From the NCBI RefSeq assembly GCF_006345805.1, contig NC_043010.1, positions 20,584,001-20,648,000 of the forward strand: 64,000 nucleotides of DNA, given 5' to 3'. The first letter of the stretch is position 1, and the number at the start of each line of letters is the position of its first letter. The translations under genes and the position numbers were made by a program. The stretch comes from Octopus sinensis (Eukaryota). Of this stretch, positions 24,672 to 38,320 are shown one piece after another. The notes beneath the pieces were generated by a model. The model did no database searches, had not been told where the DNA came from, and worked only from the letters and a program-made list of their open reading frames with translations.

Positions 24672-25543
24672 GAGGGTTCGATGGGTAAATTGTCGCCATT
24701 TTAAATTTTAAATTTCGCGCGTACGCATTGTTTCTTTTTGATTTTGTCGACTGCGCAGTATAGTAGGGTCGTTTGGGCACCGTCTGTGCAAAAAGCAACA
24801 GCGTGACGCAATTCACTCTGCCAGATATTTGGAAACGACATGCTGTACTGCTTAGCATTCGCACTGGAAGCTTTAATACAAACATTTCAGAGTGTTTGGG
24901 TGTCAATCTGAGGACATGTACCGAGAGTGATAAAAATCAAACATCCAGTCAACATCATGGTGTTTTAGAGTGATTACTAGTGTTGGCTACATTATGCCTC
25001 CATTCATCTTCCCACATGGCCTCACACTTAATACGGGGACTTACATCAAGTGCCTGAAGGCGGTAGTGCTACCTTGGGTGAGGAAGAAGGCTGCTGGTAG
25101 ATTTTATGTCTGGCAATAGGAATTTGCACCATGCCACACAAGCAGGAGGACCCAGTCATGACTGTCAGAAATTTTCTGCGATCAAATCACCCCTAACATC
25201 TGGCCGCATAACTCCCAAGACTGCAACCCCCTTGATTATTATGTGTGGGGCGCATTTGAACAAGAGACCAACAAAACTCCTTGTAATACCAAAGACAAAC
25301 TGAAGGCAAGGATTATGGCAGCATTCCCCAACTTGAACAAGGAGACCGACAAGAAGAGTTGTAGGAGACTCCAAAGTCGTCTGGAGGCCGTGGTTGGAGC
25401 CAATGACGATTTTACTGAATAAATTTACTCTTTAGTATTTCAAAATATTTTAATATAATTTTGGTAAATATATCTATTAAAATGAGGTGTCAGTCATATT
25501 TTCATTTTTACGTAATTTAGACAACTATATTCACCGCATCCTG
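24670..25543 (+). mobile_element. Internally deleted maT (DD37D) Tc1/mariner transposon
   Basis: WQ*EFAPCH...WPHNSQDCNPLDY: 37 residues between the mutated second-D position and the third D. Degenerate TIRs at both ends; ends in TA repeats on the right. Confidence 0.85.
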
Positions 25544-25591
<48 letters not shown>

Positions 25592-25667
25592 CATTCCTAA
25601 CACGCCAGCTAAGTTCAATTCGTCTAAGTCGAAATACGCCTGTTGTGATGTCCTGTTATTGTTGTTG

Positions 25668-25708
<41 letters not shown>

Positions 25709-25748
25709 TATTATTATTATTATTATTATTATCATTATTATTATTATT

Positions 25749-25786
<38 letters not shown>

Positions 25787-26279
25787 GAGTGAGAGAGCAG
25801 TTCATGCCATCAAAGTGACACTGGGGTAAAATATACGAAGCCCAATATACCCATCATGACTACCCGTCTGATAAAGGTACACAGGCACATGCATCACAAC
25901 CATATGTGCGCGACATGTGATCTCATATCAAGATAAACAGCACGACCTTGCAGGTGGGGCCCAGTTAGAATTTTCTTCAGGTTGAGTAGCCCATCCCGCT
26001 CAAAAGGTCCCTGAATAAGGGTTGTTTAAGGATGTTGAAAGAACCACCCATGTTTCCAGAGGTGAACTATTCAAACCTCAAAGAATCCCTCTCAACACAT
26101 GGCTATGATGCTCCCCCACTACTTCTGCTCATGATTGGAGATGCACATATCGTCAGCCACTAAGGGACATGCTCAACTGGTTATGGTCAAACAAATGACA
26201 AGCAAATCTGTGGTATTGAGCAGAATATTTGCTGTAGTCCATCTTTTATACCAAGACAAAACAATGTACATGATAACAC

Positions 26280-26281
<2 letters not shown>
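25787..26281 (-). mobile_element. Second copy of the ~500-bp (TAA)n-associated retroelement
   Basis: Reverse complement of ~9695-10195; (TTA)n on both sides. Confidence 0.8.
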
Positions 26282-26355
<74 letters not shown>

Positions 26356-26384
26356 CATTATTATTATTATTGTTTTTTCGTATT

Positions 26385-26635
26385 TTTTTTTGTGTTAATA
26401 TTCGTGTAACATCGTCCGTTTTTCTGCCCTTGTTTCGTATACATTCGAAGCTTTTTTCCAAGGAATCTAATGCGCTTAGCTTAGTTTTTCTTTGGGGCTG
26501 GCCAGATTGGAGCAATCTCACGGTTAATCAGCCGAAATTGCGAGGATGATCCGGTTCTTGACTGAGGCTTCGAATGACTCGTCCGTGTTTTTTGTATCGT
26601 CTTCTGAATGTTTTGCGTTCTTGTCCCATTTTATA
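26385..26635 (+). mobile_element. PLE-like terminal repeat, family 2, with broken permuted hammerhead
   Basis: Homologous to 63660-63900; GCAAU (26512-26516) / AUUGC (26537-26541); core truncated to CUGA by a small deletion. Confidence 0.6.
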
Positions 26636-27206
26636 TATATATACGATGGGCTAATTTCAGCTTCTGTCGACCAAATCCACTCACAAGGCTTTGGTCGGCT
26701 CGAAGGTATAGAAGACACATGTCCAAGGTGCCACGCAGTGGGACTGAACCCAGAACCATGTAGTTGGGAAGCAACGCTACGGAAACCGAGAAACGGCCCC
26801 TTTGAGTCCGTAAGGATCGGGAAGGATGTTTGTGCTTTATATCTATAATTCTCCATGCTTTTTTATGAAGTGTTGATTAGATATACAAAGCTATATTCTA
26901 CCATTCCGCTTTTCACGATTCCACTACTAGACAAATTAGCTTCTTTAGATGTACCAAGATATATATTCTACCGGTCTGTTATTCTTCTATTCTTCTATTC
27001 TTCTATTCTTCTATTCCACTAATCCACTCTATATACATAAACCAAGGCATCTATATTTTGCTATTCCAGCATTTATCAACGAGCTAATAGCTGAACTTGG
27101 GGCAATAAATTCCAGTGGCTGACAAATAAGTAGATGTAACGAACCAACCAAGGTTGTCATGGTGATACGGTATGCACTTATATATATATATATGTATATA
27201 TATATG

Positions 27207-27250
<44 letters not shown>

Positions 27251-27267
27251 CACACCTACCTACATAC

Positions 27268-27298
<31 letters not shown>

Positions 27299-27482
27299 TG
27301 TATGTATGTATGTATGTATGTATGTATGTATGTATATATGTATGTGTGTATATATATATATACATACACATATATATGTACATATATATGTACATATATA
27401 TGTATGTGTGTGTGTATGCATTCATTTATGTACATATATATTTCATACATGCATACATACATACATATATATATATATGTGC

Positions 27483-27532
<50 letters not shown>

Positions 27533-27537
27533 TGCGT

Positions 27538-27577
<40 letters not shown>

Positions 27578-27651
27578 GTGTGTGTGTGTGTGTGTTTGTA
27601 CTTATATATCAGAATAATATACAGCCTGATTTGTGCAGCCGTTCTTGAAGG

Positions 27652-27728
<77 letters not shown>

Positions 27729-28261
27729 TTGCTGCTACAAATGCGTTAGAGTCCAATAGATACAAACAAAATACCAAAGTCATATTCATATTGTGCCCCC
27801 TTCTCCTTTCCCACTCCTCTCCCCTCCTACTCATCCTGTCCCTCCTCATCCTCCATCAATAATTATCTCTCTCCCCCACCCCTCCACGCCACCGCCAACA
27901 CACGTTTGCTTCGGTATTAACGCCGCCGCCACCGCTACTATTACCATTCCCGCCACCACAAACTCTAACGAACATCAGCACCAACATCATCATCATCCTC
28001 ATCATCATAATCATCATAATCACCACCACCACCACCACCACCTTCACCCTCCTCCTCCTCCTCATCATCATCATCATCATAATCATCATAATCACCACCA
28101 CCACCACCACTACCTTCACCCTCCTCCTCCTCCTCATCATCATCATCAGCATAATCATCAGTAGCTTTATCGATAAACGTTTCCACATTTTTGCTTTGAT
28201 ATTACTTTCTCTCTCTTTCTCTTGCCCCCACTCTCTCTGTATATTTGCGTGTGTGTGGGTG

Positions 28262-28316
<55 letters not shown>

Positions 28317-28447
28317 ATGCGTGTGTGTGTGTGTCTGTGCACACACACACGCACACACATACACACACACATACACATACATATATGTATATGTTTATAA
28401 ACAGGTACACGAGAATATATATTTTATCAGTGTGCGCATGTGATCAA

Positions 28448-28503
<56 letters not shown>

Positions 28504-28829
28504 GAAAGAGGGAGAGAGAAAGAGAGAGAGAGAGAAAGAAAGAAAGAGAGAAAGCAAGAAAGAAAGAAAGAGAGAAAGAAAGGTAGAGAGTGAGAGGGAG
28601 GGAGAGGGAGAGTAAAGCCAATATTTACGCAGGTATGCCTTATACACACAGATAAGCAAATATTTGCTCACTTAACGTGTATTTATTCAATGATTCAGTT
28701 GCGAATCAAACAGTGGATGTCTGTCTGTGCCTCGCGGTTGGAGCCTCACATCGACCACATTCTGCGGCGCACACCTGTTGCCACATGCACACACCACTAT
28801 ATGAGTATATGCGTGTGCGTGTGTTGTGT

Positions 28830-28875
<46 letters not shown>

Positions 28876-28885
28876 ATATATAATG

Positions 28886-28955
<70 letters not shown>

Positions 28956-29002
28956 GTGTATATATATATATATGTATATATATTATGTATATTTTATATA
29001 TG

Positions 29003-29033
<31 letters not shown>

Positions 29034-29048
29034 GTAATATATATATAT

Positions 29049-29097
<49 letters not shown>

Positions 29098-29129
29098 GTG
29101 GTGTGTGTGGTGTGTGTGTGTATTCCACG

Positions 29130-29485
29130 TCTAGGCTTAAAAAGCCCTTATTGTTGGTTTCCTTGTCCTGTCTTTTACTGTTTTTTTCTTCATTTGTATT
29201 GCTTTTACGTCCTGTTCTTGTCACTTTTTTTACCCCTCCGCAAAAAAAAATTATTTAATTCATTTTGCGGGAATGACTGCTTCGGCGTGGCCGTGTTCTG
29301 CCCTTACCTTCGAAACACGCATTGAGTAAAACAGGGGCAGCTGAAGAAGGGGAATGTTCCTTGTAGTGTTTGTCTTGTACTCTGTTTTTTCGTTGTTAAA
29401 AAAGTCCGTTTCCTTGTTTGATTTAATGTTTTCGTTTCTCGTTGTGTTCTACGTTTATTTGTGGTGTCCTGTACTCATATATGCA
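29130..29485 (+). mobile_element. PLE-like terminal repeat, family 1
   Basis: Homologous to 53822-54140; T-rich tail ending in TA repeats. Confidence 0.6.
29292..29357 (+). ncRNA. Non-circularly permuted hammerhead ribozyme candidate
   Basis: CGUGU-U / CUGCCCUU / ACCUUC-GAAA-CACG / linker / AGGGGCAG-CUGAAGA-aggg-GAAUGU. Confidence 0.6.
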
Positions 29486-29639
29486 TATATATATACATAT
29501 AGATGTAGGTATGTACATATATGTATGTATGTTAAGAACAAACTTACTAAAAAATGGATGCGTATGTATGCATATGTTTTATTTATTAAATTGTTATAAA
29601 TATATATATATATATAGAATATATATATATATATATAGT

Positions 29640-29840
29640 ATATAAGACATTTATTGGATAGCCGTTGACTCTCAAGAGTTCCTCCGCCCTTTGACGGGTT
29701 TTGTTTTTACCTCCCGCAGGGTGTCCAGTAAAGACCCTCCTTACCAAGCAAGCTTGGTGGGGTTGCCGGTTTAGTCGCAGACGGCCCGACCATGCAACAG
29801 GTTGTATTGGGTTACATGTTACCTGTAGCACTCGAAAGTG
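29640..29840 (-). mobile_element. PLE reverse transcriptase C-terminal fragment
   Basis: ...LVRRVFTG...RQRAEELLRVNGYPINV resembles the PLE thumb 'L..NGYP' motif. Confidence 0.5.
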
Positions 29841-29845
29841 ACCTA

Positions 29846-32361
29846 ACACAACTATGTGCTATACTGATGACGAAAAACTTTCTTTCTACCATGCTTTGAA
29901 TGGCATTATAAGAAATATCCCTCGGGCAGACAAAGTCATCGTACTGGGTGACTTTAATGCTAGAGTGGGTAGGGATTTTAACACATGGACTGTAATTGGA
30001 AAGCATGGGGTGGTGAAGTATAACAGTAATGGCATGCTTTTGCTACAGATGTGTGAGGAGCTGCGTCTGTGTGTTACCAATACCATGTTTCAACAAAAGA
30101 ATAAGTTTAAGACCACATGGATGCACCCTGCATCTAAAGAATGGTATATTCTGGATTACATCTTTGTTAGGGTACGTGACAGACAGGATGTGCAGTGTGT
30201 GCGTGTTCTTCGTGGAGCTGAGTGTTGGACTGACCACCATGTAGTACGTGCAAAAGTGAAATTAGTCACAAAACATAAAATCCGAGCTGCCTAAAAGACT
30301 GGATGTTGATCGTCTTAGGTGTAATAGTGTGAAGAGAACTTTACGATAGGAAATGAATGCTGCAGATATTGGGGGGAGGATTGGCCGACCCTTAAAAAGT
30401 CAGTTTATGATATGGCAAGAAAGTTCTGGGATTTATACAAAGAAAGCATCAAGATTGGTTTAAAGAAAATGATGAACATATAGATGATTTATTGGCTGAT
30501 AAAAGACGTACTTTGTCACGCTATTTGTCAGCAAAGCCACAGGAAAGGGAAGTGTTGCATAGGTAATTATAGGGGAGTATCATTGCTGTCTGTCGTAGGA
30601 AAGGTTTTATGCAGGGTACTTCTGGATCGTCTGCTGAAATACGTTGCAGATTGTGTTCTTCCAGAAAGTCAATCTGGCTTTCGTGTGGGACGTGGCACTG
30701 CTGATATGATCTTTTCAGCTAGACGGCTTCAGGAGAAGTGTGTGGAACAGGGTATGGATTTGTATCAGGTTTTTGTCGATCTGACAAAAGCCTTTGATAC
30801 CGTCAATAGAAAAGCATTGTGAAAAGTCCTCCAGAAACTTGGGTGTCTTGAAAAGCTCCTTGCTTTGGCTAGGTCTTTTCATGAAGACATGAATGGTAGG
30901 GTGAATGTTAGAGGGAAAATGTCGGAGCCTATTTCAATACAAAATGGAGTGAAACGGGGGGATATTCTGGCACCGACCCTATTTTCCATATATTTTGCGA
31001 TGGTGTTCTGTATTGCATTCAGAAACTGAAGATACGGTGTTTACATCCATTATCGAACCTCTGGCAGCATATCTAATATCAGGCGCTTTGATGCAAAAAC
31101 AAAGGTATTTACCTCTATCATAAGAGACCTTTTGTATGCAGATGATTGTGAGCTAGTAGCACACACAGAGATTGATATTCAACACATTTTGAATGCATTT
31201 TCTGATGCTTGCACTGCCTTAGAATAGACAGTCAATCTCAAGAAAACTGTTGTCATGCATCAGCCTGCCCCTGTAAGCAGTATAGTGTACCAAATATCTA
31301 TGTGTATGGTAAACGACTTGATGTAGTTGATCAGTTTGTTTACCTGGGAAGCACTATTAATAGATATAGCAATATGGATGATGAAATTCCATAGAGAATT
31401 AGGAAAGCAAGTGTTGCTTTCGGAAGGCTAGAAAAGCGCCTCTGGAGTCGGCGAGACAGATGCAGAAAGACAAAGATAAAGGTGTGCTCCCTTCTCTTCT
31501 CTATGCCTGGGAGACGTGGGTCACATATCGATACCACCTTAAACAACTGGAACGTTTCCATCAGATGTGCCTCAGACGGATCTATGGCATTAAGTGGAAG
31601 GACCGCATCAGTGATCTTGAAATATTGGAAGGCCCTCGGTGTGAAAGTATAGAAGCTCTTGTGTTAAAGCAAAGGCTCAGATGGAGTGGTCATCTGGTCA
31701 GGATGAAGGATTCAAGGATGCCAAAACAACTCTTTTATGAAGAGTTAGCTAAAGGAGAACGACCTCCACATAAACCAAAAAAGAGGTATAAGGACTTGCT
31801 GAAGGCTTCCTTAAGATATGCTTGCATCTCTCCTGACACATGGGAAGGCATAGCTATTGATCGTAGCAGGTGGAGAAGGATTGTGCACGAAGGAACAGCC
31901 ACTTTTGAGAAATCTCGAGTTGCACATGAGAAAGTAATGAGGGATGTCAGGAAGGGCATCGCTGTTACGCTTCCAGAAGGGAAGAGTCTTCCTTTGATTC
32001 TGACATGCAATGTCTGTGCAAGACCCTGCCTCAGTAAAGCTGGACTCAAGAGTCATCTTCGTAGTCATAAAGTGAGACAGATGAGTGACAACCTGGCCAC
32101 TGGTGGTGGTGCAACACACCATACTAATCATATCTGTCGGGCATGTGGAAGAGAGTGTAATTCGTCAGGAGGACTTAAACGACATGCAAAGGTACATGAA
32201 GCCCAGTTACAACTACAGCCGGCTATTACCGGTATAGGTTTTAGTTGCCAATTCTGTACAAGACATTGTAGATCTTTGACTGGGCTAAAAAGTCACATTC
32301 GATCACAGAACCAGTAACAGTTAAGCTTCGTCCAATTGCCATACTCGATAACGGGGGCAGC
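29846..32361 (+). mobile_element. 5'-truncated RTE (BovB-like) LINE pseudogene: APE, RT and three C2H2-type fingers
   Basis: APE LGDFNARVG and DYIFVR; RT NYRGVSLL, PESQSGFR, FVDLTKAFDTV, GVKRGDILAP, LYADD; ORF 31460-32317 with three CxxC...H motifs; several stops and frameshifts. Confidence 0.93.
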
Positions 32362-32365
32362 ATAA

Positions 32366-32437
<72 letters not shown>

Positions 32438-32539
32438 ATAATAATATCTATATAATATATATATATAATATAATATATAAAATATATATATATATATATA
32501 TAATGTATGCATGTATGTATGTATGTATGTATGTAGGTA

Positions 32540-32720
32540 TATAAAGTTAATCCAAACACGAAAAACAAAAAGACAAGAACGCAAGGATGTGGAACAAATA
32601 AAATATTATTGGACGCTCAGTAAAAAAAAAAAGAGGGAAGAAAGGAGGGTTTGACGTTTCGAGCGGAGCTCTTCGTCGGAGGAAACATAGGAGAAAGAAG
32701 ATCCCGAGACGGGAGGACAC
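32540..32720 (-). mobile_element. PLE terminal repeat with degenerate hammerhead (CCGACGA core)
   Basis: Minus strand ccgacga-a-gagc-ucc-gcuc-GAAAC-GUC at 32679-32653; similar to 52820-52970. Confidence 0.55.
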
Positions 32721-32789
32721 AGGAAAAAAAATTCCAGGGTAGTATTCACGAGGTCAATTCATACTATAACAAGACGGACGGAGTGTAAA

Positions 32790-35690
32790 GTGGAGGGAAA
32801 ATGTTTTTTTAAAAACAAGAGAGCTGAATCAGAGAAGGAATGGTAAAAAAAGGTGTGCGAGATGACAAGGGGTGGTGGGTGTGGTGTGCGTGTGGGTGTG
32901 TGTGTGTATGGTGGACAATGGCTAGTAGCAGGCATAAGTAGAATAAGGTTAAGGAGTGTTGTGGGGTGTGGGGGTACCCTAGCAGGTCAGAAAGGCCCAG
33001 GTAGAAACAGGGAGGTATGTGTGTGTGTGCGTGTATATGTATAGTGTGTGTGTTTTGTTGTAGTATGTTGTGGGGTTGTACGTGTGTTTTGGGGTGTATG
33101 GCGAGTGTAACTGTGCTTAACTTAGTGTATGTGCGGTGTGTGCATGTACGTGGTGGGTGTATATATACGTATGTATAATTGTGTGCATGTATGTATGTGT
33201 GTGCGCCGTGTATGATGGGGTGTGCCGTATGGGATGTATGTGTGGGTTTCATTTGTGTGTGTGTGCGTGTGCGTGTGTATGTATGTGCATGTAGTTGTGT
33301 GTGCATGTATGTGTGCGTTTGTAGGTGTGTGTGAGTGTGTAAGCGTAAATGGATGTATATGCGTGTATCGTGGGGTGTGAGTTTCTTTTGCGGTGTGCGT
33401 GCGTATGTATGTGTGTGTATGTGCTTATATGTGTGTACGTATGTGTATGTGTGCGTGCGCGTGGAGGTATATGTTGTGTGTATGTATATGTGTCAGTGTG
33501 TATGTGAATTAGTGTGTGTTTGTACGTGTGTATGTGTGTGTTCGTGTATTGTATATATATGTAAATGTGTGTGTGTACGTGCGTGGGAGTGAATGTATGT
33601 ATGTATGTGCGTGTGTGTACAAATGTAGGGGTTTATATGTGTATTTATATGTGTATAAGTGTGTATATATATGCATGCAAGGACACACTTCGCAACTGAA
33701 AGATTGATGGAAAAGACTCTCGCGGTGCGGGCGCATGCGAATCTACAGGCACACACGCATACACCCAGACGTACGACCGAAATAAAGCCAGACCCCACAG
33801 GCATGCGTGCATGCATGTATGTGTGCGCGCGCGCGCATGCATGTGTGTGCGTGTGAATGCGAGTGTGTATGTAGGTATGTGTGTGTGTATGTATGTATGT
33901 ATGTATGTGTGAGTGTGTATGTGTGTATGTCTGTGTGTATGTATGTCCGTATGAGTGTATGTAAGTATGTGTGTGTGTATATGTGTATGTGTATATGTGT
34001 ATGTGTGTTTGTGTGTATGTATGTGTGTATGTATGTATGTATGTATGTGTGTATATGTGTGTATGTGTGTATGTATGTGTGTATGTGTGTAAGTGTGTGT
34101 GTGTATGTATGTATGTATGTATGTATGTATGTGTGTGTGTGTATGTATGTATGTGTGCATGCGTGTATGTGTGTATGTATGTATGTATGTGTGCATGCGT
34201 GTATGTGTGTATGTGTGTGTGTATGTATGTATGTATGTATGCATGCATGTGCGTATGTATGTGTGTGTGTGTATGCATGTGTGTATGTATATGTGTATGT
34301 GCGTATATGTGTGTGTGCATGTATGTGTGTGTGTATGTGTGTGTGTATGTATGTGTGTATGTGTGTGTATATATGTATGTGTGTATGTATGTGTGTATGT
34401 ATGTATGTGTGTGTGTATGTTTGTGTGTGTGTATGTATGTATGAATGAAAGTATGAATGTATGTATGTGTGTGTACGTATGTGTGTGTGTGTGAATGTAT
34501 GCGTGTGTGCGTGGGGTTTCCTATGGCGTTGTGTGGGCGTAATGTATGTATGCGTGTGTGTTTGTGTGTGTATGTATGCGTATGCGTGTGTATGTGGGTG
34601 TGTATGTATGTATGTGTGTGTATGTATGTATGTGTGAGTGTATGGGTGTATGTCTGTATGTATGTCTTGTGTATGTATGTATGTATGTGTGTGTGTATGA
34701 GTGTGTGTATGTGTGTAGTGTGTATGTGTGTAGGTATCTATGTGTGTGTGTATGTTTGTATGTATGTATGTATGTGTGTATGTGTGTAAGTGTGTGTGCG
34801 TGTATGTGTGCGCGCGTGCATGCATGTATGTGTGTATGTATGTATACACACACACACACACACACACGCACACACACAACACACACGCACACCGCAGGGA
34901 TATGGGGCCGGCCGCACCCGTGGCGAGCGCCAACGCGCGCGCGCGCGCCCGCAGACCCACAAGCACACACGCCAAAAAAACCGAACTCCAGCAATCCCTC
35001 AACTAAAAAGCGTGCGCCTGGATACAAATATATGTATGTGAGTGTGCATGCGTGTAAACGTGTGCGTGTGTATGCATGTATGTGTGCATGCGTGTATGTG
35101 TGCATGTGTGTGTGTGTATGTATGTATGTAAATATGTATGTACGTATGTGTGTGTGTGTGTGTATGTGCGTATGTGTGTATGTATGTATGTATGTATGTA
35201 TGTGTGTGTGTATGTATGTATGTGTGTGTGTATGTATGTATGTGTGCATGTGTGTATGTGTATGTGCGTATGTGTGTGTGTATGTATGTGTGTATGTATG
35301 TATGTGTGTGTGTATGTATGTGTGTATGTATGTATGTGTGTGTGTATGTATGTGTGTATGTATGTATGTGTGTGTGTATGTATGTATGTATGTGTGTGTA
35401 TGTATGTATGCATGTATGTGTGTGTGTTGTATGTGTATGTTTGTTTGTTTGTTTGTGTGTTTATGTATGTATGTATGTATGTGTGATTAAATGTGTGAAT
35501 GTATGTATGTGTGTGTACGTATGTATGTGTGTGTGTGGGTGTGGGTGTGTATGGGGGGTGTATAGGTGTGGAAGTATGTGTGCGTACAAGTAGGTTGTAT
35601 GTGTGTGGTGTATTGGAGGTAGGTGTGTTGGAAGTATGTATATGGAGGGGTGTTCGTGGATACGTGGGTATGCGTGTGTGTGTTTCTGTA
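32790..35690. repeat. ~2.9-kb (TG)/(TATG) low-complexity tract
   Basis: Direct reading. Confidence 0.9.
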
Positions 35691-35739
35691 TAAGGATTAA
35701 AAAAAAAGGAGAGAGGGGGAAAGAGAGGTGGAGCGCAGT

Positions 35740-38030
35740 CACTAAGAGGAGGCGGCTGTGTTGAGTCGATGCGGGGTATTGGTTTGTAGAGTGAAGATAA
35801 AGCGTTGCTCCAACTGGAGCCTGGATTGTGGAAGACCCTTGTGTGGGGCGAGGCCAAACACTGAGATGTCATCGGGGGAATGGCTGGCCGAGCGGAAGTG
35901 ACGTGCGACGGGGAGAAAGGACTGTAGGAAGTGCGCTCAAACTCAGGATGTTCCGGTCAGAATGTGGTGCGAACGGTCTGACAAACGGCGTCCCGTCTGT
36001 CCTATATACAGCATCCGCAGAGGTGCATGTTGCATTTAATACAGTATATGAGGCCAGACGAAGGTGTAAAAAGAATGTCTGATACGTACAGTTCGCTGGT
36101 TGGAGCGGTGACAGCAGTGGTGTGGTGATGAAGGGGCAGGGTGCAGCGGAATCTAGAGCACGGAAGCCAGACGGGGAATGCGGGTGGGGGCTGAGGGGAA
36201 GAAGAGAGGGTGCTATGGACCAGGAGGTTCGCGTAGATTCCGGGCTCATTTGAAGGAGGACAGGGTGGGTGGGGAAAAATGGGGCGGGTCGTGGATCGAG
36301 CTGGAGGCGACGGAAGGCACGTAGTATCTTCCACGACGAAGGGGTAGTGTAGAGGGGTGGAAAAGGAGGGGAAAAGGGGTGCGGTTAGGGGGGGGTGAGC
36401 GGAAGGAGAAAGGGCGGTGGTGCGGTCGATGCGACGGGCGCGGGCGAAGGCATTTGAAACTAGTGTAGGTGGGTATCCTCGGTGCCTGAACAGGCGGGCC
36501 AGGTATTGAGATTGGGTCTCGATATCCTGGTCGCGAGAGCACAAGCGTCGGAGGCGGAGGAACTGGGAGTAGGGGATGGCCCGTTTGGTGTGGAAGGGGT
36601 GGGAGGAGGAGAAGTTGAGATAGAGGTGGGAATCCGTGGGTTTAAAGAAGGCGGAGGTGGTGAGAGAGTGGGAGGGGTGGTTGATGCTGAGAGAGATATC
36701 AAGGAAGTTGACAGAGGTGTTGGAGATGGTTGAGGTGAATTGTAGAGAGAGGTGGAAGTTGGAGAGGAAAGAGATGAATTGGCAGAGAAGTTCGCGGGAA
36801 AGGGAGGTGGCGCCTATGCAGTCGTCTATATAGCGACCGTATAGTTCAGGAGTCGGCCCGGAGAATTGGGAGAATACTTGGGCCTCAATGTAGCCAAGAA
36901 AGAGATTGGCGAAATTGGGGCCCATTCTCGTTCCCATCGCGACCCCGGACATCTATTGGTACGTTTCCCCGGTGAACGTGAAACAGTTGAGGGTGAGGAC
37001 GAGCTCAGTCAGGCGGAGAAGGGTGGGGTGTTGGGGTGGGGTCGGGACGACGGTCGAGGAAGTGTTGGAGGGCTAAGAGACCGTCGTTGTGGGGAATTAC
37101 CGTATACAGGGATTTTACGTCTAGGGTGAGAGAGGTGGTGTGAGGGCTGGAAGGGAAGGAAAGGAAATTGAAGAGACGGAGGGCGTGGGTTGTGTCGTGT
37201 ATGTGGGGATGGGAGGGCTGCGACTAAGGGGGACAGGAGCGGTCGGGTCGAGGTATAAGGAAATGTGTTCAGTGGGGCAATTACAGGCGGAAACGATGAG
37301 GCGGCCAGAGTTATGGGGTTTATGGATTTTGGGAAGGAAATAGATGGTGGAGGTGCGGGGTGTGCGGACGATGAGGTTGGTGGCGGTGGGGGGGGGGGAA
37401 GCAGAAGAGGAGATGAGGTCGTGGATGCTGGAGGACACTCGCTGTTGGTAGGAAGAGGTGGGATCGGAGGGGAGGAGGCGATAGAAGAGGGGTTTTTGAA
37501 GCTGGCTGAGCGCTTCCTCCCTGTATAGATCCGCGCGCCACACCACCACTGCTCCGCTTTTGTCCGCCGGTTTGATGACAATGTCATTGCATTGTTTAAA
37601 GTTGAACCGGTGGACCAGCGCGTTGCAGTCATTCACGAACAAATCTAGGCTACTGAATAGGCCTGGGGGCGGCGTCCAGTTGGATGGACGGCGCCCCAGC
37701 TCCAAAAGGCAATCCTGATTGTTGTGACGCTCCGGAGACGCGTGGAAGAATGCGAAAAAGTTTGAGGCGGCGCAGGAACTGGTTGACGTCGGTCCGAGTC
37801 TCGATTCATCACAGGCGCGTGAGTGGCGTGAGTTGTGGAGAAGTGAGGAGTCCCCGATCGGCGCGGAGAGGGGAGATTGGGGGGGTATAGTGACCAGGAG
37901 CAGAGCGAGGGAGAGGGGAGGTTGGGGGTGGCTTAGACAGGGTTGCAGGAGAGGCGTGTGGTGTGAGGAGGACTGGGGGTAGGGAGAGGCGGCGGTTGTG
38001 AGGAGGAGGTCTGGGGTGGTTGGGTGAAGA
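35740..38030 (-). mobile_element. Penelope-like element ORF (RT and GIY-YIG), frameshifted; Neptune-type Cys linker
   Basis: IVIKPADK, FLPKIHK, GVAMGTRMGPNFANLFLG, YGRYIDD, NFLD, KPTDSHLYL...SSHP, RGYP, PCSRFRC, LIYCIKC. Confidence 0.92.
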
Positions 38031-38102
38031 GGGTTGTGTGTCTATATATATTATACATATATATATGTGAATATATGTATATGTATGTATGTATGTAATA
38101 TA

Positions 38103-38144
<42 letters not shown>

Positions 38145-38149
38145 ATATA

Positions 38150-38320
38150 TATCAGGAGAGTTTACGAAAAAAACAAAAGACGAAGACAGGTGGTGTACAA
38201 ACAAAACAGATATTAAGTATAACGCTCAGGAAGAAAAAAGTCTTTTACGTTTCGAGCCTACGCTTTCTAAAGAAAGGGACACAAGAAAAAACGAGGGAGA
38301 GAAATAAGGAGAGAAAATAT
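38150..38320 (-). mobile_element. PLE terminal repeat upstream of the ORF, hammerhead core decayed
   Basis: agcgtaggctcGAAACGTAaaagac on the minus strand; same family as 1148-1290. Confidence 0.6.
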
